64,000 nt of DNA. Source: Octopus sinensis (lineage: Eukaryota). The stretch is taken from assembly GCF_006345805.1 (NCBI RefSeq), contig NC_043020.1:5518001-5582000 (forward strand). The letters run 5' to 3'. Shown in pieces: positions 24,904 to 37,621 of the stretch. A program made the position numbers and the translations under genes. Below the pieces are notes generated by a model. That model was not told the origin of the DNA. It saw only the letters and a program-made list of their open reading frames with translations, and did not search any database. Within the stretch, counting starts at the first letter, position 1. The number at the start of each line of letters is the position of its first letter.

Positions 24904-25417
24904 CTAGCAGTATCGCCCGGCATTGCTCGGGTTTGTAAGGGAAATAACTATATAAGCATTTTTAGAGAGTTACTTCCCTTATAGATGCCAACTTGGGCTT
25001 TCTTAGCCATTTCTGTTTTGGTGTCTTCAAGCCATGAAGTCGTTGTTCTAAAAGAACGCTGGTCTCCTTGACAACGCTTTACGACGTTGATTTCCTTACC
25101 CTCCCTTCCCTACAGCTTCACGAGGGAGGGAAGAAGGGGAAGAAGCAAACAGGTGCAGGTGTGACCATGGACGCCAACTCTGCCGCCATCGACACACGAA
25201 AAATTATGCATTAAAATGGAATAAAAAATGATGTTAAATTATTTTTAAAATCGTAAACTCATCGTAGACGCGCGCTAATAGCCAGACGGGCTCGATATTA
25301 ATCACGACTATAAGATACCCGAATTTGGTTAAACTGCACCGCAAAATGTGGGAGTAGTTAGGAATCTAAATCGAAGGGGACAGAAACTCACACAACTACA
25401 GTTTTATATATATAGAT
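24902..25417 (+). mobile_element. Helentron-type non-autonomous element, second copy
   Basis: Same termini as 7644 with a different central segment. Confidence 0.65.
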
Positions 25418-26151
25418 ATATATACATGTATATATGTGTATGTGTTTGACCCCTTTCACTGCTTGACAACTAGTGTTGGTTTGTTTATGTCTCTATCGCA
25501 TAGCAGTTCAGTAAAATATACTGATAAAATAAGCGTCAGACTACCAAATAACTAATAAGTACCAGAGTCAATTCATTCAACAAAAGCACTTCAAGACGGT
25601 GCCCCAGCATGGTCGCAGTTCAATAACCGAAACAAGTAACAGGTAAAAGGCAATGCCTTAAAATAAAATCTTAAATAAAACAAATTGCTCGTTTGTATAT
25701 TTCAAATAAATATGCTACTTTTTTTTTTTTTTTTTTGCTAAATTCTATCAAAATAATCACAATCTACTCCCATCAAAAACTTATTTCTGTGCAATCTGAA
25801 CTCTTCTCCATAAGTGCTGTCTGTCATTTACTCTCCATCTTCTATTTTCTTACTCATTGCCTGACACCAAGCTCAGTATATGCACTCACCTCACACGTTT
25901 TATGTTAAAACTCTCTGTATCTGTCTTTTACTCTTTATGTTTCTCTCTCTCTCGCCCCCCCCCCTACCGCCTCACTATATGATGCAAAATATAACCGAAG
26001 AAATCAACCAACCAAACAGCTTACATTTATATCGGCTGTTATTCTTCTTCATTATTTCATCTCCATTTTCCATGCTGGCATGGGTTGGATGGGTTCACAG
26101 GATCCGGCAAGCCGCAGGGTTACGTTGTGTTCCAACGTCTTCGTTGACATG

Positions 26152-26605
26152 GTTTCTTATTTCTTTATTGCCCACAAGGGGCTAAACATAGAGGGGACAA
26201 ACAAGGACAGACAAAGGGATTAAGTCGATCACATCAACATCAGTGTGTAACTGGTACTTAATTTATCAACCCCGAAAGGATGAAAGGCAAAATCGACCTC
26301 GACGTAATTTGAACTCAGAACGTAAAGACAGACGAAATACCGCTAAGCATTTTGCCCAGCGTGCTAACGTTTCTTATTTCTTTACTACCCACAAGGGGCT
26401 AAACACAGAGAGGACAAACAAGGACAGACAAAGGGATTAAGTTGATCACATCGACATCAGTGCGTAACTGGTACTTATTTAATCGACCCCGAAAGGATGA
26501 AAGGCAAAGTCGACATCGGTGGAATTTGAACTCAGAACATAACAGCAGACGAAATACCGCAAAGCATTTCACCCGGTGTGCTAACGTTTCTGCCAGCTCG
26601 CCACC
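26152..26605 (-). mobile_element. Family B SINE, multimeric
   Basis: Reverse complement of family B with a repeated internal unit. Confidence 0.85.
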
Positions 26606-27594
26606 TTACCTGCTTTGGCATGGTTTCTAATGACTGGACACCCTTCCTGACACCAACTACTTTACGGTCTCTACTGGGTGTTTTATTGCGCTACATTGTA
26701 AAGTGGTTGGGTGTTGGGAAGGGCTTCAAGTGGTAGAAACCATGTCAAATAAACAGTAGAGCATGTCGCACTCCTTGGACCATCACACTCGGTCAAGCCA
26801 TCTGCAGTGAGGACAATTTCTATTATAGTATATTCATTTCTACTCTAGATACAAGGCCCAAAATTTTTGGGGAGGGGGCCAGTCAATTAGATCGACCACA
26901 GTATGCAACTGGTACTTAATTTATCGACCCTGAAAGGATGAAAGATAAAGTTGACCTCGGCAGAATTTGAACTCAGAACATAAAGACAGATGATATGATG
27001 CTAAGCATTTTGCCCAGTATGTTAATGTTTCTACCAGCTTGCTACCGTTCTATTTTAGCATATTCTTTTCTGCTCAAGGCACAAGGCCCGAAATTTTGGG
27101 GGAGGAGGGCTATTCGATTAGATCGACCCCAGTACGAAATAAAGGACAGACAGAGATTTTCATCAAGGTGAACTATGCTAATTTCCTGCTGTTTTCACAG
27201 GAGGAAAATTAATACAATAGAACACATGCCACCCATGACGACCCAAGCTGAATTATCCAAACAAAGAACGAACAACAACCGACAGAACTTGTATTATTTC
27301 TTGCTTTGATCCACTGTAACCACTTTACGTATGAATAAAATCTCACTGTTATTTTAAAGTTGGTTCTTTTTGTTGCTTATTTGAATGAACACGTAGCATA
27401 TTATATTGGGCTGGGGCATAATTATTGTGTCTTTTTTTTTTCAACGAAAACAATAACAACATGTAACAAAAACATCTTTAAATGATTATTCTGGAGCATA
27501 TTCACAATCTACCTCAATTACTGCTTCCCATTTGCTTGGCAGATGATCAGACCATCATTTAAAGATGTTTTTGTTGAATAAAATTTGTTTCGCT

Positions 27595-27950
27595 GTGTGG
27601 TAGGAACCACATGGTTCCGGATTCAGTCCCACAGCATGGAACCTTGGCCAAGTGTCTTCTACTATAGCCTCAGGCCAACCAAAGCCTTGTGAGTGGATTT
27701 GGTAGATGGAAACTAAAAGAAGTCCATCGTATATATGTATACGTGTGTGTCTGTGTTTGTCCCCCCAACACCATTTGACAACCGATGCTGGTGAGTTTAC
27801 GTCCCCGTAACTTAGCAGTTCGGCAAAAGAGACCGATAGAATAAGTACTAGGCTTACAAAGAATAAATCCTGAGATCGATTTGATCGACTAAAGGCGGTG
27901 CTCCAGCATGGCCGCAGTCAAATGACTGAAACAAGTAAAAGAGAGAGAGA
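27595..27950 (+). mobile_element. Family A SINE
   Basis: Matches the family consensus. Confidence 0.85.
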
Positions 27951-28469
27951 GTAATTATGCACCAATCCAATACAATGATAGACACGATTCTTTAGCAAAC
28001 CCAAGGGGCTCTTTAAACATGCATGTAAAAACTGGTAACCCCTCAGGGAAAACATCCACCCCATGCCAGAATGGAAAATGGACATTAAATGATGATGTTG
28101 ATTTTTTTATAACACACACACACACATACACATACATACGCATGCACACATTCACATATAACACATGCAGACACAAGCTAAACTAAAGCGAGTGCTCCAC
28201 CGGTTACATTGATTAACGTTCCAGTTGATCTGATCTGATCAACAGAACAGCCTGTTCATAAAATTAACCTACAAGTGGCTGAGTACTCCACAGACACGTG
28301 CCCTTAGCATTAGTTCTCAGGGTGGATTCAGCATGACACAGAATGTGCCATGGCTGACCTCTTCTGAATAACAAGGACAACTCATTTCACCAGTTGATTA
28401 AACTGGAGCAACGTGAAATAAAGAGTCTTGCTCAAGAGACACAATGTGTCACCAGGAATATCATCATCA

Positions 28470-28618
28470 TCATGGATTTCTTTCAGTTTCTACCGAATGC
28501 ACCCACAGAGCTTTTGTTGGTCTTGATCTAAAATAAAATACACTTGTCAAAGGTTCCACACAGTGGGACTGAACCCAGAACCATGTGGTTGGGAAGCAAA
28601 CCTCTTACCATACAGCCA
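28470..28618 (-). mobile_element. Family A SINE head, variant
   Basis: Inverted partner of 24441-24592. Confidence 0.8.
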
Positions 28619-28624
28619 TCATCA

Positions 28625-28920
28625 TCATCATCATTGTTTAATGTCTGCTTTCCATGCGAGCATGGGTTGGACGATTTGACTGAGGACTGGCGAACCAGAT
28701 GGCTGCACCAGGCTCCAATCTGATCTGGCAGAGTTTCTACAGTTGGATGCCCTTCCTAACGCCAACCACTCTGAGAGTGTAGTGGGTGCTTTTATGTGCC
28801 ACCGGCATGAGGGCTAGTCAGGCGGTACAGGCAACGGCTACACTCAAATGGTGTTTTTTACTTGCCACCCATACAGGAGACAGTCCAGCAACACTGGCAA
28901 CGACCTCGCTCGAATGTTTT
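28625..28920 (-). mobile_element. Family C repeat
   Basis: Reverse complement of family C. Confidence 0.8.
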
Positions 28921-30408
28921 GTTCACAGGTTATTATGATGAGGGTTCCAGTTGAACTGACCAATGGAACACAACCTGCTCGTGAAATTAACATGCAAGTG
29001 GCTGAGTACTCTACAGATACGCATATCTTTAATGTAGTTCTCAGGGAGATTCAGTGTGACACAATGTAACACGATTGAACCCTTTGAATTGCAGGTACAA
29101 ATCATTTTGCCACTTGCATGAAGAGTTCTTTCCCAACTTCTATAAGCTCATAAGGGTCAGTTTCTCAGTTTCCATGTCGTATGTATTCTGCACCTGGCAA
29201 GGACAGTAGTCCATCACAGAATTACTCACTTTCCCTGACTGAGTGAACCAGAGCAATGTGAAATAAAGTTTCTTGCTCAAGAGGCACAATGTACCATCAG
29301 GAATTGAACTCCTGACCTTACAATTGCAAGTCAACTATCCTAACCACTAAGCCACAAACACACACACACACTATTCTGTATAACTTAGCCACATCATACA
29401 CACACCCTTGTCCTTGTTATGCATAATCCTATACTCTCACCCAAAAACACAACTCCCTTCTTTATAACACACACACATACACTCACACATATCTGTCCCC
29501 CATAACACATACACACACATATCTCTTCCTCATAACACACACCTACACACACAGAGACATATCTGTCCCCATAACACACAGACACACACATATCTGTTCT
29601 CCATAAAACACACACACACTCATTTGGTCCCCATAGCACACACACACACACACACACACACATACATATCAGTCTCCCATAACACGCATACACATACACA
29701 CTTTTTCCTTATTACACACACACACACACACACACATACACACATCTGTTTCCCAAAACACACACACACACGTTTACACTAACTTTCTCTCTTATAACAC
29801 ATCATAAACTCACACACACACACACACACACACACACGTCTCTGACCCCTACAGCAGACACATACACTCCACTTTCCTATAGAACTCAACCACAAAGACA
29901 CACCTCTGTCCCTTTTTACACACACACGATCTGTCCCTTATCACACACACACACACACACATACACACTCTGACACCCTCTCTCTTGCAGAAGTGTAGTC
30001 TTCCCAGTTGCCAGCTAAAAACGTCATGAATAATAAATTATGCAAATAGACTTTGTTTTAGCAGAAATCATGTGATCACACGCTTGAGTTGTTTTGTGGA
30101 GGGGGCGGGGGTGGCAGTGAGGTGGCGATGGGGTGGCCGAGCCGATGATTATTTATTTATTTTTTTTTTATTTAGCTCATTCTCTCTTCTCCATATTTTT
30201 CTCTCTGCCTCCCTCTCTCTCCTCCCAGTCTCCCTCTCTCTTCTCCCTGTCTCCCTCTCTTTCTCTTTTTCTCTCTCTCTCTCTTTTCCTTTCTGTTTCT
30301 CACTCCATCTCTGTCATTCTCTCTATCTCTCTCTCTTCATCACTACATCTGAGTCTTTCTCTCTCTCCCTCTCTTTCTCACCTTCTTTCTCTCCTCTTAT
30401 TCACTGTC

Positions 30409-30454
<46 letters not shown>

Positions 30455-30964
30455 CTCTCCATCTCCCTCTCTGCTTCTCAGCCTTTCTCTCTCTCCCCAT
30501 CTCCCCACTCTCTCTCTCCATCTCCCTCCCTCTCTCTCTCTTTCTCTCTGCTTCTCAGTCTCTCTTTCTCTCCTTCTCCCTCTCCCTTTCTCGCTCCTCC
30601 CCTCTCTCCTTGCAACTGATGTTAATGATGATGATTTTGTTTTTGCTATTGTTTTTTATAGATTTTGACAGAAATACATTTTTTACTGTTTTTATTAGAT
30701 TTTTTTCCTTTTGATTATTTTATGTTGTTTTTGGTTTTTGTTGTTTCTTTTGTAGTTTATGTCATTATGTCCCTTGGCATATTTTTCTTTTTCATCTTTT
30801 AGTCAGTAAAAGAAGGCAATGTCCATGACCCTTTTTAGGGTGCCCCAAAACCCTTGGCTTAAAGCTATCCTAAAAACCAGAAACCAGGTTCCAAACACTC
30901 ACAACTGTTGACAAGCCCCTTAACTCCTTGGCGGTTGTTAGGGTGTGCTGCATCCATGCAGCGT

Positions 30965-31110
30965 ATCTGAGTGGACTGGAGCAACGTGAAGTGAAGAGTC
31001 TTGCTCAAGGACACAACGGATCGCCCGGACCAGGGATTGAAACCGCAACCTTACAGTCAAGAGCCCAACACCCTAAGCACTGAGCAACACACCTGCACTA
31101 GTGCACTTTT
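30965..31110 (-). mobile_element. Meta-domain-like SINE
   Basis: Minus strand GTTGTGTCCTTGAGCAAGAC.CTT.ACTTCACGTTGCTCCAGTCCACTC; other copies at 28390-28450, 29230-29355, 31490-31630 and 62990-63110. Confidence 0.65.
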
Positions 31111-31165
31111 TTACAAAAGGACAAAATTTATATTATTTGCTCTCAAGCGAAGCAAGGCTCTACAC

Positions 31166-31366
31166 CAGTGCTTTTCAAACTTTTTGCTGGAGTGGAACCC
31201 CAAGGAAACATTCCACTGGCTCGAGGAACCCCTGTGCAATAATTTAATAGTCTTATGCACACATATCTGCACAGGAGAATTAAAAATTACTGCTGATTTT
31301 AGCATTTTTGTAACTTCTTGTGGAACCCCTGGACTGTACTGGTGGAACCCTGGTTGAAAACCACTG
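31166..31366. mobile_element. hAT (Charlie-like) MITE
   Basis: TIR CAGTGCTTTTCAA / TTGAAAACCACTG; 8-bp flanks CTCTACAC / CTCTATAG. Confidence 0.75.
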
Positions 31367-31674
31367 CTCTATAGCCTTACTACCTCTTCCTGGTCCAAAA
31401 AAAAAATTATGGAGGGGGTCTCTAATAAACCAGCCTCTGCACCCTAAACACCCTAATCACTGAGCGACACACCTGCACTAGTGGTACTCATTTCTACAGT
31501 TGAGTGGACTGGAGCAACGTGAAGTGAAGAGTCTTGCTCAAGGACACAATAGATTACTCAGTCCAGGGATCGAAACCACAACCTTATGATCGTGAGCCCA
31601 ACACCCTAACCACTAAGCCATGCACCTCCAGTGTAGACTCTGCTAAAGGCACCTAAGCTCACATCATGTAATAC

Positions 31675-32080
31675 ATGATACTGGTTTCAAATTTTGGCAC
31701 AAGGCCAGCAATTTCAAGAAGGGGTAAGTTGATTACATCGACCCCCAGTGTTCAACTGGTATTTATTTTATTAACCCTGAAAGGATAAAAAGTAATGTTG
31801 ACCTCAGCGGAATTTGGACTCGGAACATAGCGGCAGACGAAATACCTATTTCTTTACTACCCACAAGGGGCTAAATACAGAGGGGACAAACAAGGACAGA
31901 CAAACAGATTAAGTCGATTATATCGACCCCGGTGCGTAACTGGTACTTATTTAATCGACCCCGAAAGGATGAAAGGCAAAGTCGACCTCGGCGGAATTTG
32001 AACTCAGAACGTAGCGGCAGAAGAAATACCGCTAAGCATTTCGCCCGGCATGCTAACGATCCTGCCAGTTCGCCACCTTA
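31675..32080 (-). mobile_element. Family B SINE, dimeric
   Basis: As above. Confidence 0.85.
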
Positions 32081-32577
32081 GCTAATTGGTAAAAATAAGG
32101 ATTAACACCATATAACAAATCAAAACCCAAAACTATTTCTTAAGGGTGATGTTAAACTGTTGAACAAATAGTTCAGTTGGGCTGGGATTAGAATTAACTA
32201 AATGGGGTAAATAGGGGGTAGGAAGGGGTAAAATCTAGTAAAAATTAAGGTGGAGGTTAGAGTATAAACTGGGGGCTGGGATATATTTATGATGTTTTCA
32301 GTCATTATGATGTTGGTTTCAAATTTTGACAGTAATTTCCTGGGAGGGAGTGAGTAAACTACATTGACCCCAGTGCTCAACTGGTACTTATTTCATTGAC
32401 CCCGAAAGGATGAAGGGCAAAGTTGACCTCAGTAGAATTTCAACTCAGAATGTAAATATGGATGAAATGCCGCTAAGCATTTTGCCCAGCATGCTAACAA
32501 TTCTGCCAGCTTGCTACTGTAATAATAATAATAATAATAATATTATAAGCCCTAAAATTCACTCCATAATTGTCCGC

Positions 32578-32843
32578 AGACATATGGTGTAGTGGTCAAG
32601 AGCGTGGGCTAGTAACCCCAAGATTCCAAGTTCGATTCCAAGCAGTGACTTGAATAATAATAATAATAACATCGAAAAATACCTTAGGAATGAGAACCCA
32701 GGTTCGAAATTTCCCCAAGACACCTGATGAAGGCTGGAGGGTATATCAGCTGAAACATTGTGTGAATAACAAACAAGATGAAGACAAATATCCATCAAAT
32801 GTAAATAATGTAATTAATTCCTCATCTTTTAAATATAGAACTG
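32578..32843 (+). mobile_element. tRNA-headed SINE-like element with hammerhead ribozyme (core degenerate)
   Basis: A box TGGTGTAGTGG, B box GTTCGATTCC, (AAT)n spacer, then GACAC-CTGATGA-a-GGCTG..CAGCT-GAAAC-ATT; ends AAATATAGAACTG. Confidence 0.8.
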
Positions 32844-33092
32844 GAAGTATAATAATGGTTTCAAATTTTGCCCCAAAGAATTTGACAGTCACTTGTGTTG
32901 GAGAGCCAGGGCCCCACAAGTCGTGGGTACAATCAAAAAACCTTTTTGATATTAACCCACTGAGATCACTCCTAGTTCTGATATGCAAATTTCTGGTTTT
33001 AAAATAATTTAAATTAAAACATTTCATCAAAATTTCTTGCTAATTTATATTCCAAACACCAACTTAATAATGCCAAAGTTATTTTACTAAAT

Positions 33093-33487
33093 TGGCTGTG
33101 TGGTAAGTAGCTTGCTTACCAACCACATGGTTCTGGGTTCAGTCCCACTGAGTGGCATCTTGGGCAAGTGTCTTCCACTATAGCCTCGGGCCGACCAAAA
33201 CCTTATGAGTGGATTTGGTAGATGGAAACTGAAAGAAGCCTGTCGTATATATGTATGTGTGTGTGTGTATTTGCGTCTCTGTGTTTGTCCCCCTAGCATT
33301 GCTTGACAACCGATGCTAGTGTGTTTATGTCCCCGTCACTTAGCAGTTCAGCAAAAAGAGACCAATAGAATAAGTACTAGGCTTACAAAGAATAAGTCCC
33401 GGGGTCGATTTGCTCGACTAAAAAAAGGCGGTGCCCCAGCATGGCCACAGTCAAATGACTGAAACAAGTAAAAGAGTAAAGAGTAAA
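33093..33487 (+). mobile_element. Family A SINE
   Basis: Matches the family consensus. Confidence 0.9.
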
Positions 33488-34319
33488 GACATACAAATAT
33501 GGTAACCAAAGGGTTAAAGTGATCTGACTTAAAACTTTCCTTCAAAATTTCATATTAGTTTATGTTCTAGACACCAGATTAATAATGGCAAAGTTGTTTT
33601 ACTAAATCTTTCGTTTTAGTAAATTCTTCATTGTTTTCAAACTTAACCAAAACAAAGTGTGTTTCAAGAGAAATATGGTAAAGTAAGGGTTAATAATCTA
33701 AAACTCTAGAAAACCTTGACATTTTAAAGGATAAAAACCGAGGCAACATTGACATTTTAGCGTGAACTATAAAGAACAAGTCATCTGAGAAGAAAATTCC
33801 GACAGAGACAGCCGTCTTAATTGATGGTAACGACAGACTGGAATGTTCTAAGATCAAAACCTTCACAAAGACATAAACGGTCAAAAAAAAAAAAAAAAAT
33901 TCAGGCGCCTGAGTGGCTGTGTGGTAAGTAGCTTGCTAACCAACCACATGGTTCCGGGTTCAGTCCCACTGCGTGGCATCTTGGGCAAGTGTCTTCTGCT
34001 ATAGCCTCAGGAGAAGGGGCTACTTTGAATATGTCATCCCCAGTGCTTAGCTGGTTCTTATATTATTGCCCCCCACACACACACACACACACGCACACAC
34101 GTGTGCAAAAAATGGGATAAAAAGCAAAGTTGACCTTGGTGACATTTGCACTCAAAACATCAAGTCGGACAAAATACTGCTAAGCATGTTACCCAGCTTA
34201 GGAACAACTCTGCCGACTCACTGCCCGTTCTTTTACCAGAATACTGGAAACAAACGACACTGCTTGTAGAACAGGGACACTCATTTACAACAATCACATG
34301 ATGTTAAGACAAGGAGACA

Positions 34320-34645
34320 TAAACATACACTCACACTTACATTCACACTCATACTCATACACTCACACTCACGTTCATGCTCATGCTCAAACTCACACTC
34401 ATACTTACACTCATTTTCATACTCACACTCACATTCACACTCACATTCATGCTCATACTCAAACCCACACTCATACATTCACACACTCATGCTTATATTC
34501 ATACTCACACTCACATTCACACTCGCATTCACACACACATTCATACTCACATTCATGCTCATACTCAAACTCACACTCATTCACACTCACATACTCATTC
34601 ATGCTCATACTCACACTCACACATAGATGCATTTACACACTCACT
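34320..34645. repeat. (CAYACT/CATTCA)n hexamer-based tract
   Basis: Direct reading. Confidence 0.9.
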
Positions 34646-34740
34646 CAGTCTCATAGGATGCAATTTTTTCATGACCAAACTTTCAATTTTATCCAACAGA
34701 CACTTTTGGTTCTATTTTAATTTGAGATTCTGTTTCATGG

Positions 34741-35170
34741 TTTAACTCTAGCATTTAAACCAGCTACGTCTGACCCAAGTGTTCTACCAGTTTCTTTTTT
34801 CAATCTGGCCAGATCCAGCCTCTCACACCTACTCTACAATATCATTCTAAAAATAACCACATCATTGAAATCCCAAAGCTAACGAGATAATCCATAATTA
34901 ATTCAAAACAAAGTGAATAAGTAAGGATTAACTTTGACAGAGTAATCTGAATACTCAAAGGTTAAACCAGCCGAATCCAGCCTAGATCTGTGTTTTTTTT
35001 TTGGTTCAAACTGGCCAGATCCAGCCTCTCATACCTACCCTACAATATCGTTCTAAAAATAACCACATCATTGAAATATTGAATCTATGAGATAATGCAG
35101 GATTAATTCATTACAAGATAAATAAATATGCATCAGATTTGATGAAGAAATCCTGAATGCCAAAGAGTTA
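34741..35170. mobile_element. Two tandem degenerate MITE family E copies
   Basis: CTGGCCAGATCCAGCCTCTCA...GAGATAAT..GA.TAATTCA occurs twice. Confidence 0.65.
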
Positions 35171-35569
35171 GTAAGTAGAGGCATGGCTGTGTGGTTAAGA
35201 AGTTTGTTTTTGAATCATGAGATTAGGGGTTCGATTCCTCTGTGTTGATACTGTTGGCTGGTGTCTTGTGTTCTAGCTGCAGGTTAACCAATACCTTGAG
35301 AGTAAAATTGGTAGAAAGAAACTAAAAGAAGCCCATGTTTTGTGTATATATATATATAGGCGTAGGAGTGGCTGTGTGGTAAGTAGCTTGCTTACCAACT
35401 GCATGGTTCCGGGTTCAGTCCCACTGTGTGGCACCTTGGGCAAGTGTCTTCTACTATAGCCTCGGGCCGACCAAAACTTTGTGAGTGGATTTGGTACACG
35501 GAAACTGATGTAGTTGAGTCCTGCAATCTACATAACCTGCAGAAGTTTGTAGCAGGAAAGAAGAGTGAG

Positions 35570-35790
35570 ATCCACAGATGATGTTTTCCAACTGCCAGAA
35601 GAACGAATTCCTAAGATAACAGCTATACATTGGGTACCACTGGAGGGACAGACGAAGAGAGAGAGAGAGAGAAATCCAAGAAGACATGGCATGGAAAATT
35701 GGGATAATTGGAAATGTCTGGCAAGAATTAAGATTAAGATACTATAGAACAGTATAGAGTTACTATACTATACTATACTATACTATACTA
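35570..35790 (+). mobile_element. LINE 3' end fragment with (TACTA)n tail
   Basis: LPEERIPKIT.IHWVPLEG...RNPRR.W resembles RTE/L2 C-termini; followed by a pentamer tail. Confidence 0.5.
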
Positions 35791-36166
35791 TAGGCGTAGG
35801 AGTAGCTGTGTGGTAAGTAGCTTGCTTACGAACCACATGGTTCCGGGTTCAGTCCCACTGCGTGGCACCTTGGGCTAGTGTCTTCTACAATAGCCTCGGA
35901 CCGGCCAAAGCCTTGTGAGTGGACTTGGTAGACGGAAACTGAAAGAAGCCTGTCGTATATATGTATATATATATATATATGTGTGTGTGTGTTTGTCCCC
36001 CACTTGACAACCGATGCTGGTGTGTTTACGTAACTTAGCGGTTCGGCAAAAGACACCGATAGAATAAGTACTAGGCTTACAAAGAATAAGTCCTGGGGTC
36101 GATTTGCTCAACTAAAGGCGGTGCTCCAGCATGGCCACAGTCAAATGACTGAAACAAGTAAAAGAG
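35791..36166 (+). mobile_element. Family A SINE
   Basis: Matches the family consensus. Confidence 0.9.
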
Positions 36167-36910
36167 TATATATAATATGTCGTACACTTTAGTATATAAT
36201 ATATAAGTAGTATACAAAACATAACATATAGCTTATAGTATCACCATCATCATTTAACGTCCACTTTCCATATTGGCATGGGTTAGACCAGTGGTTGCCA
36301 AAGTGGACGATTTTACACACACCATTCGGGAGGGGAGGTGGAAAGTTCCAAGGGGGTGTTGAAGAAAATTGGGGTGATAATGGGGTAGCGATTCATGTAA
36401 AAACAACAAAATAACGGGTTCGTGAGGTTAAGTTTTATTTGTGAAATACAGTTGGTTTGAATTTGCTTCAGAAAGAGGTCTATATTTGTGATGGTCAGTT
36501 GGAGTGGGGGCACTAGGAATGTGGCCAGGGTGTCAAGTGGGTAGCAGCCCAAAACAGTCTGGGAGCCACTGGCTGAGACGGTTTGACTGGAACTGGTAAG
36601 CCAGAGACCTGCACCAGGCTCCAGTCTGATTTGGCATGGTTTCCACAGCTGGATGCCCTTCCTAATGCCAACCACTCCGAGAATGTAGTGGGTGCTTTTT
36701 ACATGCCATTTACATAAAACTGGCAATGGCCACCACTACAATTTCACTTGGCTTGACGAGTCTTCTCAAGCACCAAAGGTCTCAGTCACTTATCATCACC
36801 TCCATGGGGCCCAACATCTGAAGATCATGCTTCACCACCTCATCTCATGTGTTCTTGGGTCTAACTCTCCCACTGGTTCCCTCCTATGATAGTATAATAT
36901 ATTGAAGGGA

Positions 36911-37168
36911 CAGTTCTATATTCAAGAGATGAGGAATTATGTACATATTTACATATGATGGATATTTGTCCTCATCTTGTTTGTTGTTAACACAGCGTTT
37001 TGGCTGATATACCCTCCAGCCTTCATCAGGTGTCTTGGGGAAATTTCAAACCTGGGTTCTCATTCTTAAGGTATTTTTCGATGTTATTATTATTATTATT
37101 CAGGTCACTGCCTGGAATCAAACTCAGAATCTTGGTGTTAGTAGCCCACGCTCTTAACCACTACGCCC
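36911..37168 (-). mobile_element. tRNA-headed hammerhead SINE-like element, minus copy (core degenerate)
   Basis: Reverse complement matches the 32578 copy over its length; core reads CAGCC-AAAAC-GCT (G12 and U16.1 mutated). Confidence 0.8.
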
Positions 37169-37171
37169 ACG

Positions 37172-37241
37172 GGCATATTGCGTAGTGGTTAAGAGCGTGG
37201 GCTACTAACCCCAAGATTCTGAGTTCGATTGCAGGCAGTGA

Positions 37242-37276
<35 letters not shown>

Positions 37277-37422
37277 TCGAAAAATACCTTAGGAATGAGA
37301 ACCCAGGTTCAAAAAAATTTCCCCAAGACACCTGATGAAGGCTGAAGGGTATATCAGCCGAAACGTTGTGTTAACAACAAACAAAATGAGGGCATATATC
37401 TGTCAAATATAAATAATGTAAA
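37172..37422 (+). mobile_element. tRNA-headed hammerhead SINE-like element, plus copy (intact core)
   Basis: Same family, head-to-head with the 36911 copy; 3' end truncated. Confidence 0.8.
37327..37372 (+). ncRNA. Minimal type I hammerhead ribozyme motif
   Basis: GACAC CTGATGA A GGCTG (10-nt loop) CAGCC GAAAC GTT GTGTT. Stem I GACAC/GTGTT, stem II GGCTG/CAGCC, loopless palindromic stem III (AACGTT), GUU cleavage triplet. Confidence 0.75.
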
Positions 37423-37590
37423 CAATATATTGAAGTCCTGAGTCAATCTGCACTTACCAAAGGTGCCATGCAGAGGAATTGAACTTGAAACCATATGGTT
37501 GGGAAGGAAACTTCTTAACTTCACAGCCATACTTGGACCTATAGATAGGTAGGTAGGTAGATAGATAGATAGAGACAGTTTGGCAGATAG

Positions 37591-37621
<31 letters not shown>

